Shown: positions 31,824 through 41,582, counted from the stretch's first letter. The stretch is DNA of 64,000 bases from an uncultured delta proteobacterium (GCA_963711565.1 CAVQEQ010000004.1:1024001-1088000); one strand, 5' to 3'. The notes: generated from the sequence alone by a model not told the origin. Made by a program: numbers and translations.

Positions 31824-31901
31824 TCGATACCTCAAGACTCGTATGGAGCTAACATACGAAAACATCTGCGGCAACCTGACCGCCCATCATTGTCGTCGCC
31901 G

Positions 31902-33101
31902 TCATTTTGTAGAAGTCGAATCCGCAGTGCCGGGCGCGGGCGCGGCGACCGCTGGAATCGCGGACATTGTCGTCGGCGCCGGTTGAGAACTGCACGCGCT
32001 GGCTGGCGACGCCGTCAACATCACGGGTTGCGATCCGGCACTCGGCGACGGGCTCGCGAGCGGATGCGTCAGATTGTAGAACCCGTTGATAAAGCGAATT
32101 CCCCAGCCGCCGCCGTTGTCCATGAAGCCGGTGAGCTGGTCGTAGAGCAGGGGATCGTTGACCATCAGTCCCGCAGTCCCGCGGCGCGAGTTGATCTTCT
32201 GGAGAATCTCCTTCAAGTCGCGCGACGATTGGCGCAGGTTCGGCAGCACGTCATCGGAGAATTCCTTGTTCTCCATCAGTTGCGGGATAATCCCGTTGGC
32301 TTTGTCGAACCGCGCGATCAGCGTGTCCATCCGCGCGCTGGTCTGGCGAATCTTCGTCGCCGTATCCGACAAGTTGTCCAGGAACTGCTTGCCGTTGGTG
32401 TCGTTGCTCAGCATCGCGCCGACCAGTCCCTGGCCCTTGTTGACGCGGTCCATCACCTGGCTGAGCGCGACCGACAACTTGTCCACGTGGTCGAGCGTCT
32501 GCTCGATCGATTCGAGCGTCAGCCGATGGTTCGGCTCGTTGGCGTCCTCGCCGCGCACCAGTTCGCTGAGCAAGCCGTGACCGTTTTCAATCGACGCGAG
32601 GATTGCCCGCAGCGATCCTGAGATCGCCATCACGTTCGCGATCAAGTCGTCGGTGCCTTCGCGCTGCAGAATTGCCTCGTAGTCGATCGGATTTATCGAG
32701 GCGAGCACCGTGTCCGGAGTCGCGCGCGGCGCCGCGGCCGTCCCCGGCGTCAGCGCGACGAACTTGTCGCCGAGCAGCCCCATCGAATGTATCTGCATAA
32801 CCGAATCGGTGCGCACCCGCTCCGCCGCGGATTCTTCCACCCAGATTCGCACGATCACGTAACTGTTCTCGGGCTCGGGCGGAAACATGATAGAATCGAC
32901 GGCGCCGATCCGCACGCCTGACAGCGTCACCGGCGCGCCGGTCTGCAAGCCCTCGATTCGCTCGAAATGCGCTTGCAGGATTTCGGTGCGCGTGAAAAAT
33001 TGCGCGCCGTGTCCGATCGTGATGATCGCGAAGCACAGGATTCCGAGTCCGGCCGCGATCAACGCGCCGACCCGCACTCGCGCATACGCGGAATCAGCCA
33101 C
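31902..33101 (-). CDS. mlaD: MCE/MlaD family protein
   Basis: TM anchor, GLQTGAPVTLSGVRIGAV, GLLGDKFV, helical extension. Confidence 0.9.
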   Translation of the reverse strand: MADSAYARVRVGALIAAGLGILCFAIITIGHGAQFFTRTEILQAHFERIEGLQTGAPVTLSGVRIGAVDSIMFPPEPENSYVIVRIWVEESAAERVRTDSVMQIHSMGLLGDKFVALTPGTAAAPRATPDTVLASINPIDYEAILQREGTDDLIANVMAISGSLRAILASIENGHGLLSELVRGEDANEPNHRLTLESIEQTLDHVDKLSVALSQVMDRVNKGQGLVGAMLSNDTNGKQFLDNLSDTATKIRQTSARMDTLIARFDKANGIIPQLMENKEFSDDVLPNLRQSSRDLKEILQKINSRRGTAGLMVNDPLLYDQLTGFMDNGGGWGIRFINGFYNLTHPLASPSPSAGSQPVMLTASPASACSSQPAPTTMSAIPAVAAPAPGTADSTSTK

Positions 33102-33125
33102 GCTCGCCTCGTAATGTCGCCGTTG

Positions 33126-33875
33126 TCATAGCGCGATCTCCACAAATTCGCGCATCAGCTCGTCCGTGGTCGCGCGCACTGCATCCGCCGTACCGCTGAA
33201 TCGTATCCGGCCCTGGTCCAGCAGCGCGAAGCGGTCGCCGACCATGAACGCGCTCTTCAGATCGTGCGTCACCACCACCGACGTAAACCCCAACTGCCGC
33301 TGCAAGTCACGAATCAGCAAGTTTATCTTGTGCGTCACCAAAGGGTCCAATCCCGTCGTCGGCTCGTCGTACAGCACCGCCTTGGGCTGCAGCGCGATCG
33401 ACCGCGCCAGCGCCACCCGTTTTTTCATTCCGCCCGACAGTTCCGCCGGATAAAGATGCTCGACGCGGGTCATCCCGACCATGTCGAGCAGCTCGGTCAC
33501 GCGCCGCGCGATCGCGGGCTCGTCCATCCCGCCATGCTCGCGCAGCGGGTAGCTCACGTTGCCGAACACGGTGAACGAGTCGAACAGCGCGCCGCCCTGG
33601 AACACCATCGCGACTTGCTTGCGGACCTCGGCCATCGCGTCCTCGCTGAGATCGTTCAGCCGCGTCCCCTCGACAATCACCTCGCCGCTGTCGGGCCGTT
33701 CGAGTCCATTCAGATGCCGCAGCATGACGCTCTTGCCCTCGCCGCTGCCGCCGAGCACGACCAGGGTCTCACCCTCGAACACCTCGAGATCGACCCCTTG
33801 CAGCACCGCTTTGCCCGCGAAGCTCTTGCGGAGCCGGCGCACCTCGATAAACTTCTTGCGTCCGTCGTTCTGCAT
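33126..33875 (-). CDS. mlaF: ABC ATPase, MlaF/Mkl family
   Basis: GGSGEGKS, LSGGMKKRVALAR, YDEPTTGLDP. Confidence 0.92.
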   Translation of the reverse strand: MQNDGRKKFIEVRRLRKSFAGKAVLQGVDLEVFEGETLVVLGGSGEGKSVMLRHLNGLERPDSGEVIVEGTRLNDLSEDAMAEVRKQVAMVFQGGALFDSFTVFGNVSYPLREHGGMDEPAIARRVTELLDMVGMTRVEHLYPAELSGGMKKRVALARSIALQPKAVLYDEPTTGLDPLVTHKINLLIRDLQRQLGFTSVVVTHDLKSAFMVGDRFALLDQGRIRFSGTADAVRATTDELMREFVEIAL

Positions 33876-34630
33876 CAGATCGATAGAAAAAACTTGGTCA
33901 AAAAGAAATCCGAAATCAGCACCGTGATCGACGCCGCCACCACCGCCGACGTCGTCGCCCGTCCGACGCCGTCCGCGCCACCGCTCGCCGAGAGGCCCTT
34001 CGCACATGCGATTATCGCAATCTCGAAGCCAAAAAACACTGACTTGCCGAGGCCGCTGAACAGGTCGCCGAGCTGCGCGTTCTGGATTAACGAACTGTAA
34101 AAGTAGTCGGCGCTGACGCCGAGCTGAGTGACCGCAATCACCAGCCCGCCGAACAAGCCAACGGCGTCGGCCAGCACCGTCAGTATCGGTAGCATGATCA
34201 CGGTTGCAAGCACGCGCGGCACTACCAGCTTCTTGATTGGACTCGTCGCCAGAGATCGCATCGCGTCGATCTGCTCGGTCACCTTCATCGTGCCGAGCTC
34301 CGCCGTAATTCCCGCGCCCACGCGCGCCGCAACCATCAGCGCGCTCAGCACCGGCCCCATCTCGCGCAGCAACGAGAGCCCCATGATACGGCTGACGTAA
34401 ATCTTGGCGCCGAACTTTGCCAGGAACTGGCCCATCTGCAGCGCCAGCACCATCCCCGAAAAAATCGCGGTCAGATTGACGACGTTGACCGACTTCACGC
34501 CCACTGCTTCGAGTTGATCGAGCAACAGGCGTCCCTCGAACGGGCGGCGGATCAGGTAGCGGAAAAATTCGCCGGTCAGGACTCCGACTTCGCCAAGTTC
34601 ATCGAGAAACCGGTATATTCTTTCAAGCAT
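33875..34630 (-). CDS. mlaE: ABC permease, MlaE family
   Basis: REMGPV, ITAELGTMKVTEQIDA, GGADGVGRATT. Confidence 0.92.
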   Translation of the reverse strand: MLERIYRFLDELGEVGVLTGEFFRYLIRRPFEGRLLLDQLEAVGVKSVNVVNLTAIFSGMVLALQMGQFLAKFGAKIYVSRIMGLSLLREMGPVLSALMVAARVGAGITAELGTMKVTEQIDAMRSLATSPIKKLVVPRVLATVIMLPILTVLADAVGLFGGLVIAVTQLGVSADYFYSSLIQNAQLGDLFSGLGKSVFFGFEIAIIACAKGLSASGGADGVGRATTSAVVAASITVLISDFFLTKFFLSI

Positions 34631-34711
34631 CGCGCCAGTCGAAGCGAGCGTAAGCGAACCCAATGAACGCAGCAACACGAGCTGGGCGCCAGCATCATCT
34701 TTCCTGCGATT

Positions 34712-34750
34712 GTTCCCCTTCCCTCGAGGGAAGGGGTTAGGGGTTAGGTT
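34712..34750 (+). repeat. Repeat family B
   Basis: GTTCCCCTTCCCTCGAGGGAAGGGGTTAGGGGTTAGGTT; copies at 10037, 44349, 48084, 49659. Confidence 0.9.
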
Positions 34751-35084
34751 GGACTCCGACAACCAACTGCTATTCGTCTACGGAACTCTGATGAATTCCG
34801 CCAAGCGCGTGATGCTGCTGGGCCGCCACATCAACGCCAGCCCCGCGCGGCTCCACGGCTACGCGCGCGGCGAAAAGCGCTTCCCCTTCGTCGCGAAGCA
34901 GGCCGACGCCGTCACCGACGGCGCAGTCCTCGAGGACCTCACAGCGCACGATCTCGCGATCCTCGACGAGTACGAAGAAGTGCCGAAGCTCTACACGCGC
35001 GAGCGCGTCAAGGTCGTCACCGTCAACGGCCGCAAAGTCGAATGCTGGATCTACATCCCGACTGATTGGGCGAATGAGTTCTGA
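34749..35084 (+). CDS. Gamma-glutamylcyclotransferase (AIG2-like) family protein
   Basis: LFVYGTLM, LDEYEE, YTR; probable TTG start overlapping the repeat end. Confidence 0.85.
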   Translation: MDSDNQLLFVYGTLMNSAKRVMLLGRHINASPARLHGYARGEKRFPFVAKQADAVTDGAVLEDLTAHDLAILDEYEEVPKLYTRERVKVVTVNGRKVECWIYIPTDWANEF

Positions 35085-35127
35085 AGAATGAAACTTTATT
35101 CCGATCCGCGCCGATGTGCCTTTTTCC

Positions 35128-35387
35128 CTAACCTCTCCTTGTCCGAGGAGAGGTCGGCGCGAGCCGAAGGTGAGCGACGGGTGAGGTGCAAAGCCGGCCG
35201 CCGCAGTGAGCGCGTTGTACTTGTTGCTGAAAGTCAGAAAGTCGTGCTGCGGTCGGTCTCGGACCAGTACCTGTGAATTACGGTTAAACGAGTTGAGATG
35301 GGTGCGTTGTCTTGCGTTGCACCTCTCCCGGCGACACCGCTTTTCAAGCGGCTTTCGCCGACCTCTCCTCGGACAAGGAGAGGTTAG
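35128..35387. repeat. Repeat family A: MITE/REP-like element with perfect 32-bp terminal inverted repeats
   Basis: CTAACCTCTCCTTGTCCGAGGAGAGGTCGGCG at 35128 and its reverse complement at 35356-35387. Confidence 0.9.
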
Positions 35388-35417
35388 ATCAGCGGCCCCA
35401 CATCCTTTTCTTCCTAT

Positions 35418-35474
35418 CACTGGGTGCAGGGGTCACCCCTGCCGAGGAAGTTTGAAACCCGCGGAGGGTTTCAA
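35418..35474 (-). repeat. Repeat family C (double hairpin)
   Basis: GGGTGCAGGGGTCACCCCTGCC..GGAAG..TGAAACCC-N5-GGGTTTCA; copies at 45345, 48218, 50153, 54536. Confidence 0.88.
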
Positions 35475-35498
35475 ATTAAATCAGTGGCCTCTTCCCTC

Positions 35499-36917
35499 TT
35501 ACTTCACATCCGGCGGTATCGCCTTGCTCAGCTCGCCCCGCTTCAACCCGAACTTATCGATCCTGTATTGCAACGTCCGATAGCTCATCGCGAGCATCTT
35601 CGCCGCTTTCGCTATTACCCAATCGTTGCGCTCGAGCGCTTGCAGAATCGCGTCGCGCTCGAACGTCTCGAAATTGAAGCCCTCGCTCGGTATCTCGTAC
35701 TTGTCGCCGCGCTGACGCTCGCCAACGCGCGTCGGAGTCTTGCGCGCCAGTACTTCCTCCGGCAAATCCCGCGGCGTGACGGTATCGCTTTCGCACAGCA
35801 GGATCGCCCGCTCGATCGCCGATTCGAGCTGCCGCACGTTGCCCGGCCACGAATAGTCGAGCAGTACTTCCATCGCCTCGCGCCCGATCTCTTTCACGCG
35901 GCCTTCCGCCAGATGCCCGAATTTCGCGAGCGCATGATTCGCCAGCAATGCAATGTCGCCGCGCCGCTCGCGCAGCGGCGGCATCGTGACGGTCACGACG
36001 TTGATCCTGTAGTACAAGTCCTCGCGGAAACGGCCCTCGCCGACTTCCTCCGCGATATTGCGATTACTCGCCGCCACCAGTCGCACGTCGATACGGAACG
36101 AATCGTTACCGCCGACGCGCCGCAGCTCCTTCTCCTGCAGCACGCGCAGAATCTTCGCCTGCATCCCCTGCGGCAGGTCCGCGATCTCGTCGAGAAACAG
36201 CGTCGATTTGTCCGCGCTCTCGAACAGTCCGATCTTGCGCTCGTTGGCGCCCGTGAATGCGCCCCGCTCATGCCCGAACAGCTCGTTTTCGATCAGGTTG
36301 TCGGGAATCGCCGAGCAGTTGATCGCGACGAACGGGCGCGCCGCGCGCGGCGACAGCCGATGTATCGCCTTCGCGACGACTTCCTTGCCGGTCCCGCTCT
36401 CGCCCTGGATCAGCACCGTCGAATTCGAAGGCGCGACGCGCCGCACCAGCCGAATCACTTCCTGGATCGCGGGATCCTGCCCGATGATCCCCTCGATCTC
36501 GAAAGTCCCTTCGAGCCGCCGTTTCAGCAGCAGATTTTCCTGCTGCAGATTTGCGAACTCCGCCGCCTTCGCGACCCGCGTCACCAGCTTCTCGCGATCG
36601 GTCGGCTTCTCGAGGTAATCGAACGCGCCCGCCTTCATCGCCTGCACGACGCTGTCGGTCGATCCGTGCGCCGTCAGCACCACCACCTGGCTGCCGGGAT
36701 ACGAGCCGCGCACATTCGCGAGCAGCTCCTCGCCCGACATTCCCGGCATCATCAGGTCCGTCAGCACAACGTCGAAACGCGACAGCGCCAGCAGCTCGAT
36801 CGCGCGCTTGCCGACCGCCGCCTCTTCGACCGCGAAGCCTTCTTCGCGCAACGTGTCCGCGGTTATCTGCCGTTCGAGGTCGTTATCTTCAACGACCAGT
36901 ACTGAGGCCTGCGTCAT
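35499..36917 (-). CDS. Sigma54-dependent response regulator (NtrC/AtoC family)
   Basis: REC (DLMMP), GESGTGKE, GAFTGA, FLDEI, WPGNVRQL, Fis HTH. Confidence 0.94.
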   Translation of the reverse strand: MTQASVLVVEDNDLERQITADTLREEGFAVEEAAVGKRAIELLALSRFDVVLTDLMMPGMSGEELLANVRGSYPGSQVVVLTAHGSTDSVVQAMKAGAFDYLEKPTDREKLVTRVAKAAEFANLQQENLLLKRRLEGTFEIEGIIGQDPAIQEVIRLVRRVAPSNSTVLIQGESGTGKEVVAKAIHRLSPRAARPFVAINCSAIPDNLIENELFGHERGAFTGANERKIGLFESADKSTLFLDEIADLPQGMQAKILRVLQEKELRRVGGNDSFRIDVRLVAASNRNIAEEVGEGRFREDLYYRINVVTVTMPPLRERRGDIALLANHALAKFGHLAEGRVKEIGREAMEVLLDYSWPGNVRQLESAIERAILLCESDTVTPRDLPEEVLARKTPTRVGERQRGDKYEIPSEGFNFETFERDAILQALERNDWVIAKAAKMLAMSYRTLQYRIDKFGLKRGELSKAIPPDVK

Positions 36918-38388
36918 GCTTGCGTCCGTTTACTACCGCACTCGGCGGGAAGGTGAAAGTCAATGTGGTTCCGGGTCCGTCCGCGTTCGGTCCGATGTCG
37001 ATTGTACCCCCATGCGTCTCGATGATCGCCTTCGACAGAAACAGCCCGAGTCCAATTCCTTCGCGCTTGGTCGTGAAGAACGGCTCGAACACGTGGTCGG
37101 CGACTTCCGCTTCGATCCCAGCGCCCGTGTCCGAGAACGCGATCACCATCGAACCGTCAACGCGCCGAAACGTGATCCGCATCGTGCCGCCTTCGGGCAT
37201 CGCCTGGATCGCGTTTGCGACCACGTTGATAAAACAGGTCCGCAGCTTCTCAACGTCCACGTTGAGAATCGGCGCCGCGTCGTTGCACTCCTCGACCAGC
37301 TCGATTCCCTGGCTCTTCATTTTCGATTCCGACAGCGCCACCACTTCATCGACCAGTTCATGCACATCCGTCGGTTCCGGGAATATTTCGATCGGCTTGC
37401 CGTAATGCAGAAAGCTCTGCACCAGGTCCGCCAGCCGCCGCATCTCGTCCTTCATGATTCCGAGCTGGCGCAAAAACGCTTCGCGATCGTTCGGCTGCTG
37501 CGGCGCGTAGCGTGCGCGGAGCTGGTCGAGCGCCAGGCTGATAAAGTTCAGCGGATTTTTGATTTCATGCGCCAGGCCGCCCGCCAATTGCCCCAGCGCC
37601 GTGAACCGCTCCAACCGGTTCAGCTCCTGCTCGCGTTCGCGCGCATGCCGCAGTTGCCCGACCATGTCGTTGAAGCTGCGCGTCAGCAAGCCGATCTCGT
37701 CGCGCCGATGCGCCTCCGGCACCGGCTCCAGTCCGCGCGCCGCGATATTCTGCGCCGCATTCGCGACCGCATGAATCGGCTTCACGTACCGATCGGCGAG
37801 TATGTACGCGAACACCAGCCCGATTGCGAAAATCGCAAACGCGATCATCAGCTCGCGCGTCCGGCTCTCCTCGAGCGGCTGCGCGAAGTCGCCGAAATTC
37901 GCCACCACCTGCACGTAGCCCAGCAGATGGTCCTCGACCTCGACCGGAATCAGGTAAACCGTCGTCTCGGGCGCCAGACCGAGCTTGCCGGGCGGAATCG
38001 TCAGCAGAGTATCGGGATGCTTAAGTTGCTCGGGCGTCAGCCATTCTGCCTGCTTGGGCCGCAGCGCCGCGCCGATCAATTGCGGATTCGAGCTGTTGAG
38101 AATCAGGTTCTCGCTCGACGCGATCGACACTTCGAGTCCCTGCGTATGCAGATCGTCAACGTAGTTGTGCAGCTGCTCGCGATCGGTGTCGCGCACCGCC
38201 GTCAATTCCTGCACGCCAATCTGGATCACGCGCGCCAGGTCCTTGACCTTCTCCTGCGTGTCCGCGACGATCGCCGCCTGCGTGCCCAGGCTCACCCACA
38301 CCTCCGCGCCCAGCGTCAGCCCGAGCAGCCCGACCATCAGCACGATCAGCTTCGCCTTGAGGTTCAGCGCGGGAAAGTATGATTCCAT
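36889..38388 (-). CDS. Sensor histidine kinase (2 TM, HAMP, HisKA, HATPase)
   Basis: DEIGLL, LAHEIKNPL, NAIQA, DTGAG, FFTTK, GLGL. Confidence 0.93.
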   Translation of the reverse strand: MESYFPALNLKAKLIVLMVGLLGLTLGAEVWVSLGTQAAIVADTQEKVKDLARVIQIGVQELTAVRDTDREQLHNYVDDLHTQGLEVSIASSENLILNSSNPQLIGAALRPKQAEWLTPEQLKHPDTLLTIPPGKLGLAPETTVYLIPVEVEDHLLGYVQVVANFGDFAQPLEESRTRELMIAFAIFAIGLVFAYILADRYVKPIHAVANAAQNIAARGLEPVPEAHRRDEIGLLTRSFNDMVGQLRHAREREQELNRLERFTALGQLAGGLAHEIKNPLNFISLALDQLRARYAPQQPNDREAFLRQLGIMKDEMRRLADLVQSFLHYGKPIEIFPEPTDVHELVDEVVALSESKMKSQGIELVEECNDAAPILNVDVEKLRTCFINVVANAIQAMPEGGTMRITFRRVDGSMVIAFSDTGAGIEAEVADHVFEPFFTTKREGIGLGLFLSKAIIETHGGTIDIGPNADGPGTTLTFTFPPSAVVNGRKHDAGLSTGR

Positions 38389-38417
38389 TTTCGATGCCGG
38401 CGCGGGCCGACGGATAA

Positions 38418-39050
38418 TTATTCGGGCAATTCGCTCTTGGCTGCTGGTTCGGTGGTCTTGCGTATCACCAGCAGCCGGGTCCCGTACACCAGCACGCTCA
38501 GGACCGCTACAACTATGATCAGCTTGTCGAAGCCGCCGATGTATCTGACGATCCATTCGAGCTGCTTGCCGAATACGTAGCCGAGCGTCACAACGATCGG
38601 CACCGATATCAATGCTCCAAGCAGATCGTAGAACAGGAACACGCCCGGACGCACGCCGAAAGATCCCGCTGACAAATAGACCAGCGCGCGCAGTCCGGCC
38701 AGGAATCGCGCGTAAAAGATCGCGCGATGCCCATGGCGCTGCATGAAGCCCTCGATCCGCTCAATCTGATGCTTGCGGCCCGGCCGTCCGAGGGAGAAAT
38801 AGCGCACCAGTCCCGATCCGAAGCGCCGTCCCATGAAAAACAGCGAGTTGTCACCTGCCACCACGCCCAGCAGCGCCACGATCAGCGTGATCGGATAGCG
38901 CGTGACCCCGCGATGCACCAGGTAGCCGCCCGCGAGCAGCGCCACGTCTTCTGGAATCGGCAATCCAAGGCCGCACAACATCAGAACGACAAACAGTCCT
39001 AGATAGGTGAAGTGTTCGATGTACGCCGAGATCAGTCCGACCAAGCTCAC
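38418..39050 (-). CDS. DedA family membrane protein
   Basis: GLPIPED, GDNSLF, ARFLAGLR; GTG start overlaps upstream stop. Confidence 0.9.
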   Translation of the reverse strand: MSLVGLISAYIEHFTYLGLFVVLMLCGLGLPIPEDVALLAGGYLVHRGVTRYPITLIVALLGVVAGDNSLFFMGRRFGSGLVRYFSLGRPGRKHQIERIEGFMQRHGHRAIFYARFLAGLRALVYLSAGSFGVRPGVFLFYDLLGALISVPIVVTLGYVFGKQLEWIVRYIGGFDKLIIVVAVLSVLVYGTRLLVIRKTTEPAAKSELPE

Positions 39051-39469
39051 TCTCCGTGCGCGTATCGCGCGCGCAGAGCGTCGCGAATTTGCTCGACCGA
39101 CATGCCCTGGCGAGCCATCGGCTCCGCATCGCGCGCCTCGCCCATGCAGATTCCACACCTGCTGGCGTGATCATCACGGTAGCAATCGAGCAGGCTCTTG
39201 TGGCCGAGTGACTTGTCGCATCCGCAGTAGCAGTGAAGTTGCGAAAGCAGCGCGGGATCGTGCTCGGCGACTTCATAAGCCTCGCGCACATTGCCCTGGA
39301 ATTGCTGCGGATCAAGCGTTACTCGCAGTTGTTCGCCCGGATCGCCGGCCGCGGCTGCCTGGCCGTCCGACGACTTCGAATTGCCCGACAGGTAGCCGCC
39401 ATATGCGATCGCCACTACCACGATCGCAGCTGCGCTCAACGCGACAATTCCTTTTATGCCTTTGAACAT
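39047..39469 (-). CDS. PCYCGC-motif (CYCXC family) exported protein
   Basis: N-terminal TM/signal; HCYCGC..GHKSLLDCY..H..CGIC. Confidence 0.85.
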   Translation of the reverse strand: MFKGIKGIVALSAAAIVVVAIAYGGYLSGNSKSSDGQAAAAGDPGEQLRVTLDPQQFQGNVREAYEVAEHDPALLSQLHCYCGCDKSLGHKSLLDCYRDDHASRCGICMGEARDAEPMARQGMSVEQIRDALRARYAHGE

Positions 39470-39488
39470 GACTCCCCGCGGCCCGAAA

Positions 39489-40163
39489 TTATAGCATCTC
39501 GATGAATCTAAGGCTTTGATTCGCGAAACTATATAGAGCGGCCGGCCGATGCGGTCCGCGGCGCGTATGCGGCAGCCGTTTCAGCATCCCCATCGCGAGT
39601 ATGCTGCGCCGGAAGTTCCGCCGATCCAGCGGACGCCCCAGGATTAAAGAGTACAGCTCCTCGAACTCGGCGAAGGTGAATTCCCGCGGCAGCAGCGCAT
39701 ACGCGATATTCGTGTACTCGAGTTTCGACTTCAGCCGCTTCACCGCATACGCCGCCATCAGCGAATGATCGTACGCAAGCTGCGGCAGCCGCGTGACTTC
39801 GTACCACTTACCGGTAGAGTATTTGTCGCACGGTGCGCCAACCTCGTCCGCTTCCGGAATCAGCGCCATGTACGCGACCGACACCACGTGCGCGCGCGGG
39901 TCCCGCGACGGATCGCCGAAGGTGAACAGTTGCTCCAGGTAAGCGCCGCGCAGTCCCGTCGAATCGTGCAGCTCGCGCCGCGCCGCGTCGTCGAGCAGCT
40001 CGCCCACTCGCACCAGCCCGCCCGGAAACGCCCATCGCCCGCGCCCCGGCCCCCGCCGCAACTCGACCAGGTACGTCTGCAACCGGCCGTCCTTAACCGC
40101 GAACAACACCGTATCGACCGCGACCATCGGCCGCGCCGGCTTTTCGCCGGTAGGGCGGGTCAC
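39489..40163 (-). CDS. nrtR: NrtR-type Nudix transcriptional regulator
   Basis: VAVDTV, WAFPGG, LEQLFTFGDPSRDPR, C-terminal winged helix DRRNFRR..RPAALY; next to nadA. Confidence 0.88.
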   Translation of the reverse strand: MTRPTGEKPARPMVAVDTVLFAVKDGRLQTYLVELRRGPGRGRWAFPGGLVRVGELLDDAARRELHDSTGLRGAYLEQLFTFGDPSRDPRAHVVSVAYMALIPEADEVGAPCDKYSTGKWYEVTRLPQLAYDHSLMAAYAVKRLKSKLEYTNIAYALLPREFTFAEFEELYSLILGRPLDRRNFRRSILAMGMLKRLPHTRRGPHRPAALYSFANQSLRFIEML

Positions 40164-40164
40164 C

Positions 40165-40251
40165 AGTGGGGCGGGCCGCCGTGCCCGCCGTCGATGCTCG
40201 CCAGTGGGGCGGCCCGCCATGCCCTCAGTGGGGCGGGCCGCCGTGCCCGCC
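40165..40251 (+). repeat. Three tandem direct copies of family D REP
   Basis: AGTGGGGCGGGCCGCCGTGCCCGCC at 40165 and 40227, degenerate copy at 40203. Confidence 0.88.
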
Positions 40252-40297
40252 CTCGGCTCGCGCGCAGATCCCCGCGCGACGCTCTGTAAATTCGCGC

Positions 40298-41308
40298 TCA
40301 GACGCTCAGCTCGAGCATGCGCTCAAGCGCCTTCTTCGCGCCTACTCGCACGTCCTCGGTCAGTTCAATTTCGTAACGCAGATGCCGCAATGAATCGAGC
40401 GTGCCCTCGAGCGTTATCATCTTCATGAACCGGCACAGCTTGCACGCCTTGTAAAAATGCTTGTCGGGAATCTCCATCAGCAACCGATCCGACAGACCGC
40501 ATTCCGTCACCACCAGGAACTTATCCGCGTCGCTGGCCCGCGCATACGACATCATCGCGCTCGTCGATAGCACCGCGTCCGCAATCGCGAGCACGTCGCG
40601 CCGGCATTCCGGATGCGCAATCACCTTGATTCCGGGGATCGCGCGCTTGACCTTGTTCACCTCGTCCGGGGTTATCTGATGGTGCACGTAACAATTACCG
40701 TCCCAGGAAATCACGCGCTTCTTCGTCTGCGATTGCACGTAGTTCGCAAGATTCTGATCCGGCACGAACAAAATATTTTCCGAGTCGATCCGCTCGACGA
40801 TCTTCGCCGCATTCGCCGAGGTACAGCACGCATCCGACAGCGCCTTCACATCCGCCGTGCAATTGACGTAAGACACGACCTTGAGATCGGGATAAATCTT
40901 GAGCAATTCTTCCTTCCGATCCGCCAGCGCCTCCGCCGTAACGCTATCCGCCAACGAGCACCCGGCTTTGAGATCCGGCAGCAAAACTTTCCGCTCCGGA
41001 TTAAAAACCTTCGCCGTCTCGGCCATGAAATGCACCCCGCAAAACACGATCACATCCGCGTCCCGAACGTCGCGAGCATTGCGCGCCAACTCCAGCGAGT
41101 CCCCAATAAAATCCGCAACCTCAAAAATCTCCGGCCGCTGATAGTTATGCGCAAGGATAACCGCCCGCCGCTCCTTCTTCAGCTCGCGTATCTCCGCGAT
41201 CATCCCCGCATAACGCTCGCAAGTCTCCGCGGTGTAACTCTCATTCCCAAGCACCGCCAACTTCTCGCGCAGCGCCCCCGCTTCAATCGCCGTCTGTACA
41301 GCTTCCAT
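40298..41308 (-). CDS. nadA: Quinolinate synthase
   Basis: ILAHNYQ, GDSLEL, FCGVHFMAETAK, GCSLA, YVN, CYVH, HPEC; start set by AAGAGG RBS. Confidence 0.95.
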   Translation of the reverse strand: MEAVQTAIEAGALREKLAVLGNESYTAETCERYAGMIAEIRELKKERRAVILAHNYQRPEIFEVADFIGDSLELARNARDVRDADVIVFCGVHFMAETAKVFNPERKVLLPDLKAGCSLADSVTAEALADRKEELLKIYPDLKVVSYVNCTADVKALSDACCTSANAAKIVERIDSENILFVPDQNLANYVQSQTKKRVISWDGNCYVHHQITPDEVNKVKRAIPGIKVIAHPECRRDVLAIADAVLSTSAMMSYARASDADKFLVVTECGLSDRLLMEIPDKHFYKACKLCRFMKMITLEGTLDSLRHLRYEIELTEDVRVGAKKALERMLELSV

Positions 41309-41334
41309 CGCCGTCAATCCTCTTAACTCAATAC

Positions 41335-41355
41335 TTTGCGTCAATCTGACACTTA
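41335..41355 (-). promoter_or_regulatory. NrtR operator upstream of nadA
   Basis: TAAGTGTCAGATTGACGCAAA: 21-bp imperfect palindrome with the GT-N7-AC core typical of NrtR boxes. Confidence 0.8.
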
Positions 41356-41444
41356 CTCCACCCCGCGCGCCGGCGCAAGTCGTCTCCTGATCCGAAATAC
41401 CTCGCCCCAGTTAGGATGTTGCGTTTCGCGCCACATGCTATTCG

Positions 41445-41544
41445 CCTCTCCCACTTCGTTGTGGGAGAGGCCGCGCCGAAGGCGCGGGTGAGGCGAGCTT
41501 TACGGGAGAGGCGGCCGGCCGCATCGCGGCCGGTAGGTGAGGGT
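41445..41544 (+). repeat. Two tandem arms of A/B-related repeat (CCTCTCCC..GGGAGAGG-hairpin-GGTGAGG)
   Basis: Same arm grammar as 35128 and 45164. Confidence 0.7.
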
Positions 41545-41582
41545 TCCGTGATTCAATCACAAAACCGGCTAGCAAGATTTTG

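Noticed and set aside
35424-38382. Long antisense ORFs (35424-36905, 36808-38382, also 11213-12484, 17137-18618, 45380-46759)
   Set aside because: Shadow frames of well-supported genes, expected in high-GC DNA
40165-40251. Tandem repeats as a mini-CRISPR array
   Set aside because: Spacers are only a few to 13 nt, the unit occurs elsewhere as an inverted REP pair, and there are no cas genes
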